Shown piece after piece: positions 20,833-30,016 of a DNA stretch of 64,000 nucleotides. Position numbers and translations under genes: made by a program. The notes beneath the pieces are model-generated. The model searched no databases. It saw only the letters and a list, made by a program, of their open reading frames with translations, and was not told where the DNA came from. This DNA is from an uncultured bacterium (GTDB lineage Bacteria > Babelota > Babeliae > Babelales > Vermiphilaceae): assembly GCA_963707655.1 (NCBI GenBank), contig OY970172.1:768001-832000 (forward strand), given 5' to 3'. How positions within the stretch are numbered: position 1 is the first letter of the stretch; every line of letters begins with the position of its first letter.

Positions 20833-21297
20833 CTAGCGGGTAGATCGCTTTTGCAACACGTCATCCTCTTGAGAACCATTGTGTCGATCGATATGTATAA
20901 AGAAATCATCGGTAGCGCCTCGTTCCGTGGCGGTACGGCGAGGCTCGCTATAACCGTTGCCCTCATCTAGTCCCAGGACGAATTCACCATCACGGTTTTC
21001 ACGCACCCTTACCTTATGACGCTCAAGAAAAGAACCCATTGTTCCCTGCTTGTGCGCAGCTCGCAAACGCTTGTCAACATTACAATCTGACACAGAGTGT
21101 ATTTTACCGTCCATCAAGACAAAAAATGATTTTCGATTATAGCCCACCTCTATATTTTTAACAGAACTGGCTGCATTGATTGTTTTTTGCGATTGGATAA
21201 AGCTGACATCCATTTGCGCCTCATGATTATTGTTTTCTGCCGCGCATAATATGAGGGGGAAGGTGAAGAATAATTTTTTAAACATAAACTCTTTCAT
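20833..21297 (-). CDS. secreted hypothetical protein
   Basis: Signal-like FKKLFFTFPLILCA-AE; actual start may be the second Met. Confidence 0.65.
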   Translation of the reverse strand: MKEFMFKKLFFTFPLILCAAENNNHEAQMDVSFIQSQKTINAASSVKNIEVGYNRKSFFVLMDGKIHSVSDCNVDKRLRAAHKQGTMGSFLERHKVRVRENRDGEFVLGLDEGNGYSEPRRTATERGATDDFFIHIDRHNGSQEDDVLQKRSTR

Positions 21298-21485
21298 TGA
21301 GATGCACTTTCCATGCGCATCACCTTTTAAAAACTTTACTTATTGTCAAATATATATTTCTATCTTATATAAATTAATTCACCCCTGTCAACAACAAAGG
21401 CCCTGGTGATCTGGAAACACCGCATACGCCGCTTTCGAATCACCGTAATTTTCCGATACGCTCTTCATAAGTGCCTATGCGTAAA

Positions 21486-21514
21486 TTGACGAGCAATACC
21501 AAATGATTTATTCT
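21486..21514 (+). promoter_or_regulatory. sigma70-like promoter for glnA
   Basis: TTGACG-17-TATTCT. Confidence 0.5.
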
Positions 21515-21551
21515 TCTCCTCGATTAATAAATATATTGTAAGGAGATTTGC

Positions 21552-22913
21552 ATGAAGAGTTTATATTCTGTTGTACTGTTTTTTAGTCTCATCAATAACA
21601 ACTACGCTCACTCAACATATGACGGCTTGATAGAAAATCTTCATGCTGCCTGCGTTGACACCGTTGATTTCTTATTCACCGACATTCTTGGCTCGTTGCG
21701 CTGTGTAACCGTTCCCCTCCTCGCTGCTGCTGACGCTTTTAAGAACGGTATGGAATTTGATGGCTCATCTATTCCCGGCTATGTATCAATCTATGAAAGC
21801 GATATGCATCTCAAGCCCGATATGAACACATTGCAGATCGTAGACAATAAAGCACATGTCATATGCGATATTTATTGCTCCGCTTGCGATCCTTATGAGG
21901 GGGATCCGCGTTACTTATTGAAAAAACAATTAGAGCGCGCGAAAACATTAGGATATGAATTTTATGTAGGTCCAGAATTAGAATTCTTTTTATTAGATAA
22001 TCAAAACAACGATCCTGTTGATGCAAGCTGTTATTTTGATGCAAGCGACACAACTTCTCTTGACTATCAAAAACGCACATTGATAAATGCATTGGTACGA
22101 AACGAGATTGGTGTTGAAAAATGGCATCACGAAGTCGCCAAAGGCCAACACGAAACAAGCCTTCACTATGCTGACGCATTGGTTATGGCTGACCAAATTG
22201 TGCGCGCAAAACAAGTACTAAAAATGCAAGCGTATGAATTGGGCCTTCGCGCATTGTTCATGCCAAAGCCCTTTTTCGGCATGAACGGCAGTGGCATGCA
22301 TATTCATTTTAGTTTGTATGATAGCGCTTTATGCAAAAACGCTTTTTACGAAAAAGATAACCCACTCTATTTATCAGACACCGCGCACCATTTTATTGCC
22401 GGTGTTTTAAAATATGTGCCCGCAATGAGCGCGATTTGCAATCCTACCGTTAATTCATACAAAAGATTGGTTGCCGGTTATGAGGCGCCGGTCTATGTTT
22501 GTTGGGCGTCAAAAAATAGAAGTGCCTTAGTCAGAATTCCACAAATTGATGCAACGCAAGCATCTGCTGCTCGTGCTGAATTACGTTCGCCCGATGCCAT
22601 GAGCAATCCGTATGCGTTGTTTGCTTTGCTGTTGGCCGCAGGCTTGCAGGGCATAGAAGATGAGCTGGAATTGGCTCCTCCCGTAGAACAAAATTTGTAC
22701 AAACTTTCTTTAGAACAAATAAAAACGAGCGGCATCACTATGTTGCCCGAATCGTTGCAAGATGCGCTGATATGCTTGAGCCAAAATGATTTTGTTAAGC
22801 GCGCATTGAGCGATCGTTTTGTCCAAGAGTTTGTATACATAAAGCAAAAAGAAGTTGAGCAATTTAATCGTACAGTTACTAATTGGGAATGGAAGCAATA
22901 TGCGTCAAAATGA
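21552..22913 (+). CDS. glnA: glutamine synthetase type I
   Basis: FTDILG, FDGSSI, GPELEFF, HHEVAKGQHE, FMPKP, NGSGMHIHFS, NSYKRLV.GYEAP, NRSALVRIP, ELRSPD. Confidence 0.95.
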   Translation: MKSLYSVVLFFSLINNNYAHSTYDGLIENLHAACVDTVDFLFTDILGSLRCVTVPLLAAADAFKNGMEFDGSSIPGYVSIYESDMHLKPDMNTLQIVDNKAHVICDIYCSACDPYEGDPRYLLKKQLERAKTLGYEFYVGPELEFFLLDNQNNDPVDASCYFDASDTTSLDYQKRTLINALVRNEIGVEKWHHEVAKGQHETSLHYADALVMADQIVRAKQVLKMQAYELGLRALFMPKPFFGMNGSGMHIHFSLYDSALCKNAFYEKDNPLYLSDTAHHFIAGVLKYVPAMSAICNPTVNSYKRLVAGYEAPVYVCWASKNRSALVRIPQIDATQASAARAELRSPDAMSNPYALFALLLAAGLQGIEDELELAPPVEQNLYKLSLEQIKTSGITMLPESLQDALICLSQNDFVKRALSDRFVQEFVYIKQKEVEQFNRTVTNWEWKQYASK

Positions 22914-22964
22914 CTGTATGATCATTGTTTCCGCGATGTTTCGTATTGACTGAATATCAAGATC

Positions 22965-22993
22965 TTGACATGTATATAATAGGTTGTTACGAT
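22965..22993 (+). promoter_or_regulatory. near-consensus sigma70 promoter with extended -10
   Basis: TTGACA (22965)-17 bp-TACGAT (22988), preceded by TGn. Confidence 0.6.
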
Positions 22994-22999
22994 CATCCT

Positions 23000-23104
23000 C
23001 ATAAATAGTTTTTGCTATTAACAATGTCCCTAAATGAACAATACATCTTTGTATTGTTCACCCCCCTAACCCTTCAGCTTTCATAGTTGGAGGGATTTTT
23101 ATTT
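23000..23104 (+). ncRNA. candidate ~100-nt small RNA
   Basis: Orphan promoter upstream, 11-bp hairpin (23035-23060), C-rich linker, terminator hairpin plus T-run; no long ORF. Confidence 0.4.
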
Positions 23105-23668
23105 CTGGCTGATTGCAGTAATCATCTCTAGATGGCAACTCATTTTATAGTGGTCATGAGTATGAGATTGCAGCGTGAAGTTGTTGCACAGCAACATTGG
23201 CCTGCCACGCAAAGCTTGAAGATAATTTTGAATTTTATTCGCATCTCCCTCTGCTTGCAGAACAAGAGCATCGACTTGATACCAAGTATATTTTTTTGAA
23301 ATTTTATTGTGTGTGCATGACGTAACAACGAGCCCTGCTTTTTGTGCATCTTGCATAATCATTAGCAGAACATTTTTTATGCTCTGCGCAGCATAAGCAG
23401 CATACTCTGTTTGCAATAACGCGAGCGCCTGCTCCGTAGAGGTCGTTAAGTGGTGAATATGCTTAATCTCTTTTATTCTGTTTTGGCAATGCACCATTTC
23501 AGCTTCGTACCTTTGTTGCTGCTGTGTAATCGGTTTATGCAGCAGTAAATACCAACTCATTATGCATGCACTTATTATTGTTAGGCTCAGTAGATAACGT
23601 GTGGCGCGAGAGAGTCCCGCTATGGCACCATAATAACGATTGCCACGAGGAATAAAATATGACATCAA
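23099..23668 (-). CDS. PilO/GspM-like type IV pilus or T2SS assembly protein
   Basis: Single TM, coiled coil, then AQKAGL and L..EG....I..YL..L ferredoxin-like pattern. Confidence 0.55.
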   Translation of the reverse strand: MMSYFIPRGNRYYGAIAGLSRATRYLLSLTIISACIMSWYLLLHKPITQQQQRYEAEMVHCQNRIKEIKHIHHLTTSTEQALALLQTEYAAYAAQSIKNVLLMIMQDAQKAGLVVTSCTHNKISKKYTWYQVDALVLQAEGDANKIQNYLQALRGRPMLLCNNFTLQSHTHDHYKMSCHLEMITAISQK

Positions 23669-23708
23669 GCTACTCTTCCTTTTTTATGAAGGCTTGTTCA
23701 AACTAAAA

Positions 23709-24914
23709 TTAAAATGTTGATTTTGTCCACTGCATTGGATCAACGGCAGTGTTGTTCACGCGCAATTCCCAATGAAGATGATAGCCCGTTGCATAGCCGG
23801 TTTTTCCTAATGTACCGATAGGGTTCCCTTTGCTCACCTTTTGGCCAACAGTAATATTGGCAAAATCTTCGAGATGATAGAAGAGCGAAAGCACGCCGCA
23901 GCCATGATCAATAACTACCGTGTTTCCGCTAAATGCGTAACGGTCCTTAACCACAACAACCCCGTCTTGCGTTGCCCAAATAACGCTCTTTGGAGCATTA
24001 ATGACATCAAGAGCTTTGTGCATGTAGCGGCCGCGCTCTTGAGTGGTGCGTATGGTGCCAAAATCGCACGTAATTTTTGCTATATCAATCGGCGTGCAAA
24101 AAGTGCCGCGCCACAATTTTTCTTGTGGGGATTGCAACGCCAATTTTTGCAAGTTTTCTTCTAGATCCGCCATGGCAAGATCGATCTGCTTTTCTTTTTG
24201 TACTGTTTCTGCACTCACTTGCAAATTCTGCTTTTTGAAAGGGTACATAATGATTTGGAATTTATTTTCCAAGTTCAAGACGTTCCCAACATGATCGGCA
24301 ACTTCTATTGAAAAGAGATATTCATTAGGAGTCTCTTCACAAGGAATCGGGATAAAACACTCATAAATAGGTGATTTGGAAGACTCTTTTACGCAGTGAT
24401 AGCCGGTTGCCAAGGCATTTATTTTTGCTGCTTTAATTTCTTTATTTACTTGAAACTGAATGTGTAATGTTCTTCCCTGGAATACCTTATAATCGGCATC
24501 GGGCCTTACAAGAGCTGCTTGCAGCGGCATGTTATCAACTATAAAATTATACTGCACTGAATTCTTATTCTTGTGAAACGTTGAATCAGTCAATTCAACA
24601 GTAAGATTATGGGCACCATTTGCGATTGTTTTGGTAGGAATGGTGAACGGATAATTTTGTTGTTTACTGCCAAGGCGATAGTTGCTGCTCAGCGGCTGGC
24701 CATCGAGCAAAACGCACAGATCACCTGCTTTACTGCTCGCTATTTGACAGACAAGATCTCCCGAATAAAAACAACCCTCTTGTATACCTTGAACAGCAAT
24801 AACCGGAAGCGCTCTATCAAAACAATAGATATATATTCCCCAGCCCAGCCAACCAGTCAGAATAGTTCCTGCAACTATTCCCGCATATTTAATTTTGAAT
24901 TCCACTGAAAACAA
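23709..24914 (-). CDS. M23 family metallopeptidase
   Basis: HKALD, GNTVVIDHG, LFYHL, G.TG.ATG.HLHWE; N-terminal TM; GTG at 24905 is an alternative start. Confidence 0.92.
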   Translation of the reverse strand: MFSVEFKIKYAGIVAGTILTGWLGWGIYIYCFDRALPVIAVQGIQEGCFYSGDLVCQIASSKAGDLCVLLDGQPLSSNYRLGSKQQNYPFTIPTKTIANGAHNLTVELTDSTFHKNKNSVQYNFIVDNMPLQAALVRPDADYKVFQGRTLHIQFQVNKEIKAAKINALATGYHCVKESSKSPIYECFIPIPCEETPNEYLFSIEVADHVGNVLNLENKFQIIMYPFKKQNLQVSAETVQKEKQIDLAMADLEENLQKLALQSPQEKLWRGTFCTPIDIAKITCDFGTIRTTQERGRYMHKALDVINAPKSVIWATQDGVVVVKDRYAFSGNTVVIDHGCGVLSLFYHLEDFANITVGQKVSKGNPIGTLGKTGYATGYHLHWELRVNNTAVDPMQWTKSTF

Positions 24915-25226
24915 CCTCTTTTTTATAGTGCATTGAAAACAACTTTTTGACCGTGTCTTAATATAAATCTTTTTGTGCTACTTTACCAGAAAAAACCCAA
25001 GATTTTGCAGCTGTCGAATGATATGTTTGATGCCACCATACCGCATCGAGTTATTTATGTAATGATATCGCCGGAAACGTTATTAGAAATAGCCTTTTGC
25101 TTCACACGCTTTTATTGAATTATAATTTCAAATATAAACATGTGTTGACAGTGGTTGCTGTTTTTGTGGTAAAATTGCATTAATAAAGATAATTTCTCTA
25201 TGCTCATGGTAAAATAAGGAAATTTC

Positions 25227-28200
25227 ATGAATTTTAAAACAATTTTATATACATTCATGTTAATGTTGACCCCTGCACTTCTCCATGGAATGGCACAACC
25301 GCCACAACCGGTTCAGTCTATTGCCAATGATGCCAAAGCACGAGTAACCGAGGCCATACAAAAAAACGATTTTGCGGCAGCACAAAAAGTCATCAATGAA
25401 TTACAGATCACACACCAGAGCGTCAGGGCTCCAGGGCCAGCATCTGTCCTGGCAGACATGGTAAAACAGTTGCAAGTAATTTTGCAGCAAGCAATGGCGA
25501 ATTATCAACAACTGAATCAGCCGATAGCTCCCGCGCCACAACCGGCATTAGTTCTGCCTGCACCTAAATTTAATCCCCAAGCTGGGATGCTCCCAAAACC
25601 TCAACCCGCGCCGAGCACGCCAGCGCCAATGGCCTATCCGCAAGCGGGGATACTCCCAACGCCTCAGCCAATGCCAGGAGTTATACCTGCACCTAAATTT
25701 AATCCCCAAGCTGGAATGCTCCCAAAACCTCAAGCCGCACCGAGCGCGCCAGCGCCAGTGGTCTATCCGCAAGCTGGACGACTACCGGCATATCAACCGG
25801 TTCCAGTGAGCTATTCGCAGCAACCAGCGCAATCACCAACAGCTCAGCTCATGCCAGGAGTTGTACCTGGACGCCTACCGATACTTCAACCAGCGTCACC
25901 AAATACCCCGGCAACACCGCAAATAATGCCTGGACAACAACTCCAAGGACAACCAACGCCAGTAGGCTACCCGCAAGCTGGTCGACTGCCTACACCAGCA
26001 GCCCCGGTGGTAAATCCGCCCCAACAAGCTCCATCGTTGCGGGGGCAGCCCGTTGTCCCGGCACATGTACTTGCAACAATGGCAAAGAACAAACCGGCAC
26101 TCTATCCTGCAATGGCATATCTAGGGCAATACATGCAATCACCAGCACCAAGCGCACCAGCAAACATTGCGGCTGGACAGCTGCAAGTACCGGCTGCAAA
26201 TGAAATCCCCACGAGCATAGAAAATTTATCAGAGATGGAGGCGAAAACCGCGATAATCAAAGCTCTTCTTCATGGTATAGAACAAGGAATACGGGCCGGG
26301 AATACCTTCAATGCCATTGCTGCAAAAAATTGCTGGCTCCAGCATGTAATGCAGGAATGGGGTGCCGGTGCCGCCTATCAAAAATATGTTGAAGATACAA
26401 TTATCAAAGGGGTCAAGAGCCGCTATGGGTCGCTGGACACAAGCAATCAGAACACCGTAAATGCGTTCATCAGAGCCAGCGCGAGCGACCCACTTTTTGC
26501 AGCGGCTTATATATTTACTTTAGACAAAGCGGCTTTCCCTACCGTTGCAAACACTATCAAGTCTTATCAAGTCTTTAATCCATTGCAGAATCAGATAGAT
26601 CAATTCATTAAAGATCAAGAGTATGAAAAAGCCATTAGTTATGCTTACCTTTTTAAGGATTTGAGTTCAATATACCGTGAAAATCGAAGTCCTCAGCAAA
26701 ACACCGCAGGAAATCCTTTTTTGCTTGATACATTAACAATGGCCCCAGATACGTTTAAGAATATCGATGAGCAATTAAAAGGGTTATTGAGGGTCAATGA
26801 CAATACAAAAATCAGAGAGATGATTAATAATTTGTATGCAGAAAAAAAATACATCACTGCCAGTTATGTGTGGATGATTTCATCAGCATACAATGTCGTT
26901 TACTCTCAAATCCCAGCAGCAACAAGTGCAAATCAGCCCGCCGCCAGCGAGATAACGGATAGCGCTCCGTTCAATATTGCCTTTGATCAGTGGTACAGCA
27001 GCTGTAACGCGGCGCTACAAAATTCTGCGGTTAAACCATTATCTTTTGATGCATTTAAGCAGGCCATGAATATATTCATAAATAAGACCAAAGCACGATT
27101 TGCCAATGCAAATAAATGGTTCAACACCGATAACTTGAATACCAATATTCCCGAAGGAAACATACCTTATGTTGAACGCGTGCATATTCCCAAAGGCTCT
27201 ATTGTTGGGTTCCATGCTGATATTCATGGCAACGTGCAGGCATTAAACAGTTATTTGAGAGCGCTTGCAGATAAAGGTTATCTAGATAAGCAGAACCAAT
27301 TTAAAATAGCTGATCCTAATTTTTACCTCATATTTTTAGGGGACTATGTTGATCGCGGCATTTTTGGCGTAGAGGTTTTATACACTCTCATGCGCTTAAA
27401 ACTCACCAATCCCGATCGTGTATTCTTGGCACGCGGGAACCATGAAGACGCAGACTTCCAAAACGTGCTGCCTAATGGCCTACTTACCAGAGAAGTGGCT
27501 ACCAAATTTGGCGTTCAGATTGAGAATGAGCTTGCCAAACTCCTTCCATCGCTCTATAACTGCCTGCCTGTTGCACTATACACACAAGTGGGCAATGCAG
27601 CTAAAAAAGAATATATTTTGTGTTGCCATGGTGGTTGGGATGTAGGTTATGATCCAGTGCCGTTTTTAACAGCAAATAAAACCTACCATGCTTTTGATAC
27701 GCTACATTACAAAGACATACTTGATCAATTACCCGGTGACATTCGCACCACACTTCAATCGTTTGCCAACAGGTATCCGCGAGGCGCGGGGAAATACACG
27801 CAAAATCCTAAAATAACAGATATAACTAGTTTAGACTTTTTGTGGAACGATTTTTATTATGAGGATGAAACAACAGTTGCTGAATTCATGGACGGGAGAG
27901 GCTTGCAAATGGGCCAACCGCTCATACAAGCGCTTCGTAGCCTGACGGCACACAATGGTATTAATATTCAGGCTATTTTTAGAGCGCATCAGCATTCCGG
28001 CCTCAGCAGAGCCCCAATGTGGATGCGCGCAATGGTCGATAATAAAGTTACTAAATTGTGGCCACTTGCAAGATCTGCGGACCCTGCCCTATGGCTCGGC
28101 ATGGTTATTACCTTTTTAGTTTCACCTAATGAAGGATACCCAAATACCTTTGATTCCTGGGGAGAATTGCACGTGGGAGACGATTTTGTCTCATCAAGCA

Positions 28201-28313
28201 TGGAAACGTTCCAAAATAATAAAAATGTCGGCATCAAGACTGAGGTCCCAACGCCAAGTCCATCGTCGCGTTCGTTATTCCCCATGTCCTTTGGATCATC
28301 GGAACAGCTATAA
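25227..28313 (+). CDS. secreted Pro/Gln-rich protein with C-terminal PPP-family Ser/Thr phosphatase domain
   Basis: ADIHG, GDYVDRG, RGNHE, HGG, DFLWND, RAHQ. Confidence 0.88.
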   Translation: MNFKTILYTFMLMLTPALLHGMAQPPQPVQSIANDAKARVTEAIQKNDFAAAQKVINELQITHQSVRAPGPASVLADMVKQLQVILQQAMANYQQLNQPIAPAPQPALVLPAPKFNPQAGMLPKPQPAPSTPAPMAYPQAGILPTPQPMPGVIPAPKFNPQAGMLPKPQAAPSAPAPVVYPQAGRLPAYQPVPVSYSQQPAQSPTAQLMPGVVPGRLPILQPASPNTPATPQIMPGQQLQGQPTPVGYPQAGRLPTPAAPVVNPPQQAPSLRGQPVVPAHVLATMAKNKPALYPAMAYLGQYMQSPAPSAPANIAAGQLQVPAANEIPTSIENLSEMEAKTAIIKALLHGIEQGIRAGNTFNAIAAKNCWLQHVMQEWGAGAAYQKYVEDTIIKGVKSRYGSLDTSNQNTVNAFIRASASDPLFAAAYIFTLDKAAFPTVANTIKSYQVFNPLQNQIDQFIKDQEYEKAISYAYLFKDLSSIYRENRSPQQNTAGNPFLLDTLTMAPDTFKNIDEQLKGLLRVNDNTKIREMINNLYAEKKYITASYVWMISSAYNVVYSQIPAATSANQPAASEITDSAPFNIAFDQWYSSCNAALQNSAVKPLSFDAFKQAMNIFINKTKARFANANKWFNTDNLNTNIPEGNIPYVERVHIPKGSIVGFHADIHGNVQALNSYLRALADKGYLDKQNQFKIADPNFYLIFLGDYVDRGIFGVEVLYTLMRLKLTNPDRVFLARGNHEDADFQNVLPNGLLTREVATKFGVQIENELAKLLPSLYNCLPVALYTQVGNAAKKEYILCCHGGWDVGYDPVPFLTANKTYHAFDTLHYKDILDQLPGDIRTTLQSFANRYPRGAGKYTQNPKITDITSLDFLWNDFYYEDETTVAEFMDGRGLQMGQPLIQALRSLTAHNGINIQAIFRAHQHSGLSRAPMWMRAMVDNKVTKLWPLARSADPALWLGMVITFLVSPNEGYPNTFDSWGELHVGDDFVSSSMETFQNNKNVGIKTEVPTPSPSSRSLFPMSFGSSEQL
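25557..25777 (+). repeat. 129-bp-period in-frame duplication in the Pro-rich region
   Basis: cctgcacctaaatttaatccccaagctgg.atgctcccaaaacctcaa at 25557 and 25686. Confidence 0.9.
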
Positions 28314-28320
28314 AAAGACG

Positions 28321-28365
28321 GATTGAAAAGCTCTCGCGCATCCAACTGACGAGAGCTTTTCAATC
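28321..28365. terminator. 16-bp inverted repeat between convergent genes
   Basis: gattgaaaagctctcg / cgagagcttttcaatc. Confidence 0.7.
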
Positions 28366-29385
28366 TTTAGGCCCTATTGCTTTGGGAACTTCTTTGACTA
28401 CGTCTTTGGCATCTTTATCATCACGCAGTCCTTTATAGCGCCCTACGCGAAGCTTATTTGCTTGTGTCCAATTTGCAAAATGGACCTCGGCTACCATTAC
28501 AGGCTTCACCCAGAAAATATCTTTTGTCTCTCCATCATAATTACTAAAAGGGCATTTTGCGGTAGTTATTTTTGCCAATTTTTTTCCAAGCATTTCAAGC
28601 ACCGTCTGAGTATAACCGGTACCTACCTTGCCCGCGTATACAAGTTTTCCTTTATCGTAGTAGCCGACCAACAGAGCGCCAAAATATGTACGCGCACCTT
28701 TGGGTTTGGTGTACCCACCAATAACCAATTCCTGTTGCATGATGCATTTGAATTTAAGCCAATCGTGTGAGCGAACCCCAACATAGGTGCCATCGATACG
28801 TTTTGCAATAAGTCCTTCCCATTTCAGTTGGCACGCCTTTTTAAAAAATGCTACGCCATTGCCCACTTTATGTTCGGTGTAGACAAGCATTTTATTGTAA
28901 TCAAGCAGCTTTTTTAAGAGCTCCTTGCGCGCATACAGTGGCAAATTGCGTATATCATATCCTGCAACATACATGAGATCAAAGATACAATATTGAATCG
29001 GAATACTTTTTTCTTTTGTTGTACCGGCTTGGCTATTGATCCGGCCCTGCAACAATTGAAAATCTGATACCCCCGCTTTGTTTTTGCTTACTATTTCACC
29101 ATCGATAATAAAATTATCTGCTTTCTGCTTGAGCAAGGCATCTACCAGCTCGGGATAGGTATTATTCATGCTTTTTTGATTGCGCGATACAAGATATACT
29201 TTGCCTTTTTTCTTAATCACCAGGCAGCGTTCCCCATCAAACTTGTGTTCGTAAAGCCAATCATTGCGGGAGAAATACTCTTTTGTGAGAGTCGCCAGCA
29301 TGAGTGGCATGAATAACGGTTCGTCTGTTTTTTTACGTTTTTTTAAATTTTCTGCAGAGAGGCCGGTAAATAGATCTTTTTTCAT
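28360..29385 (-). CDS. ligD: ATP-dependent DNA ligase (stand-alone LigD ligase domain)
   Basis: EHKFDGER adenylation motif, DGEIV, FDL, EGLIAK, WLKFK, GKVGTG, GLRDDK. Confidence 0.9.
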   Translation of the reverse strand: MKKDLFTGLSAENLKKRKKTDEPLFMPLMLATLTKEYFSRNDWLYEHKFDGERCLVIKKKGKVYLVSRNQKSMNNTYPELVDALLKQKADNFIIDGEIVSKNKAGVSDFQLLQGRINSQAGTTKEKSIPIQYCIFDLMYVAGYDIRNLPLYARKELLKKLLDYNKMLVYTEHKVGNGVAFFKKACQLKWEGLIAKRIDGTYVGVRSHDWLKFKCIMQQELVIGGYTKPKGARTYFGALLVGYYDKGKLVYAGKVGTGYTQTVLEMLGKKLAKITTAKCPFSNYDGETKDIFWVKPVMVAEVHFANWTQANKLRVGRYKGLRDDKDAKDVVKEVPKAIGPKD

Positions 29386-29442
29386 TTATTTTTTCCCCCT
29401 GTCATACTATACAATACAGATCCTGATGTTCTACATAAAATT

Positions 29443-29478
29443 TAAAGGGGCAAAACAGAGAAGAGTCTTGCCCCTTTA
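29443..29478 (-). terminator. hairpin between 29497..29838 and the ligase gene
   Basis: taaaggggcaa / ttgccccttta. Confidence 0.55.
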
Positions 29479-29496
29479 TGCGCGATATTGGTTACA

Positions 29497-29838
29497 TTAC
29501 TTAATCATTGCAAGCAATTGTTCCGCTGCTTTTTTGATCTCTTGATCCCCATCTTGGCCGGCTTGTTTTATTGCAACAAGCAGGGCGCTTTTATGCACTA
29601 CGCTAAAATCGCCAAATGGGTAAACAAATTTTGATTTATCTTTTGGGTCTGCGTCTGTATTGGTCCCCAGAAACCAGGTGCCATATTGCTCAAGGCCGTG
29701 GGTATTCAGGTAGCGGACCTGTTCACTCGGAGTTGCCTGTACTTCATCCCAGTTATTGGTATCGTGTTCAATTTCGAGCCCTTTTTTAATCATTGATGCG
29801 GCAAGATCATAGGCTGCTTTATTTAATTTTATAGCCAT
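29497..29838 (-). CDS. conserved hypothetical protein
   Basis: AAGGAG RBS; W.LG, YPFGDF..VH motifs recalled from an uncharacterised bacterial family (unverified). Confidence 0.8.
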   Translation of the reverse strand: MAIKLNKAAYDLAASMIKKGLEIEHDTNNWDEVQATPSEQVRYLNTHGLEQYGTWFLGTNTDADPKDKSKFVYPFGDFSVVHKSALLVAIKQAGQDGDQEIKKAAEQLLAMIK

Positions 29839-30016
29839 GAAATCTCCTTTTTTTGGAAAAAATTAAGATATAATTCTTTTTTGTAGCCTATATGGTCGCC
29901 CTCCTAAAAGTCAATTATCCGAATGGATGGGACAAGGATTATTTTCATACGTTTTCCACCAATTATTGCATTTGTTATGAGCCGATTTATGTGTTATAAT
30001 TTCTATTAAATAATTA

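Noticed and set aside
21395..21480. Glutamine riboswitch or leader upstream of glnA
   Set aside because: Lies upstream of the predicted promoter and I could not match the glnA RNA motif.
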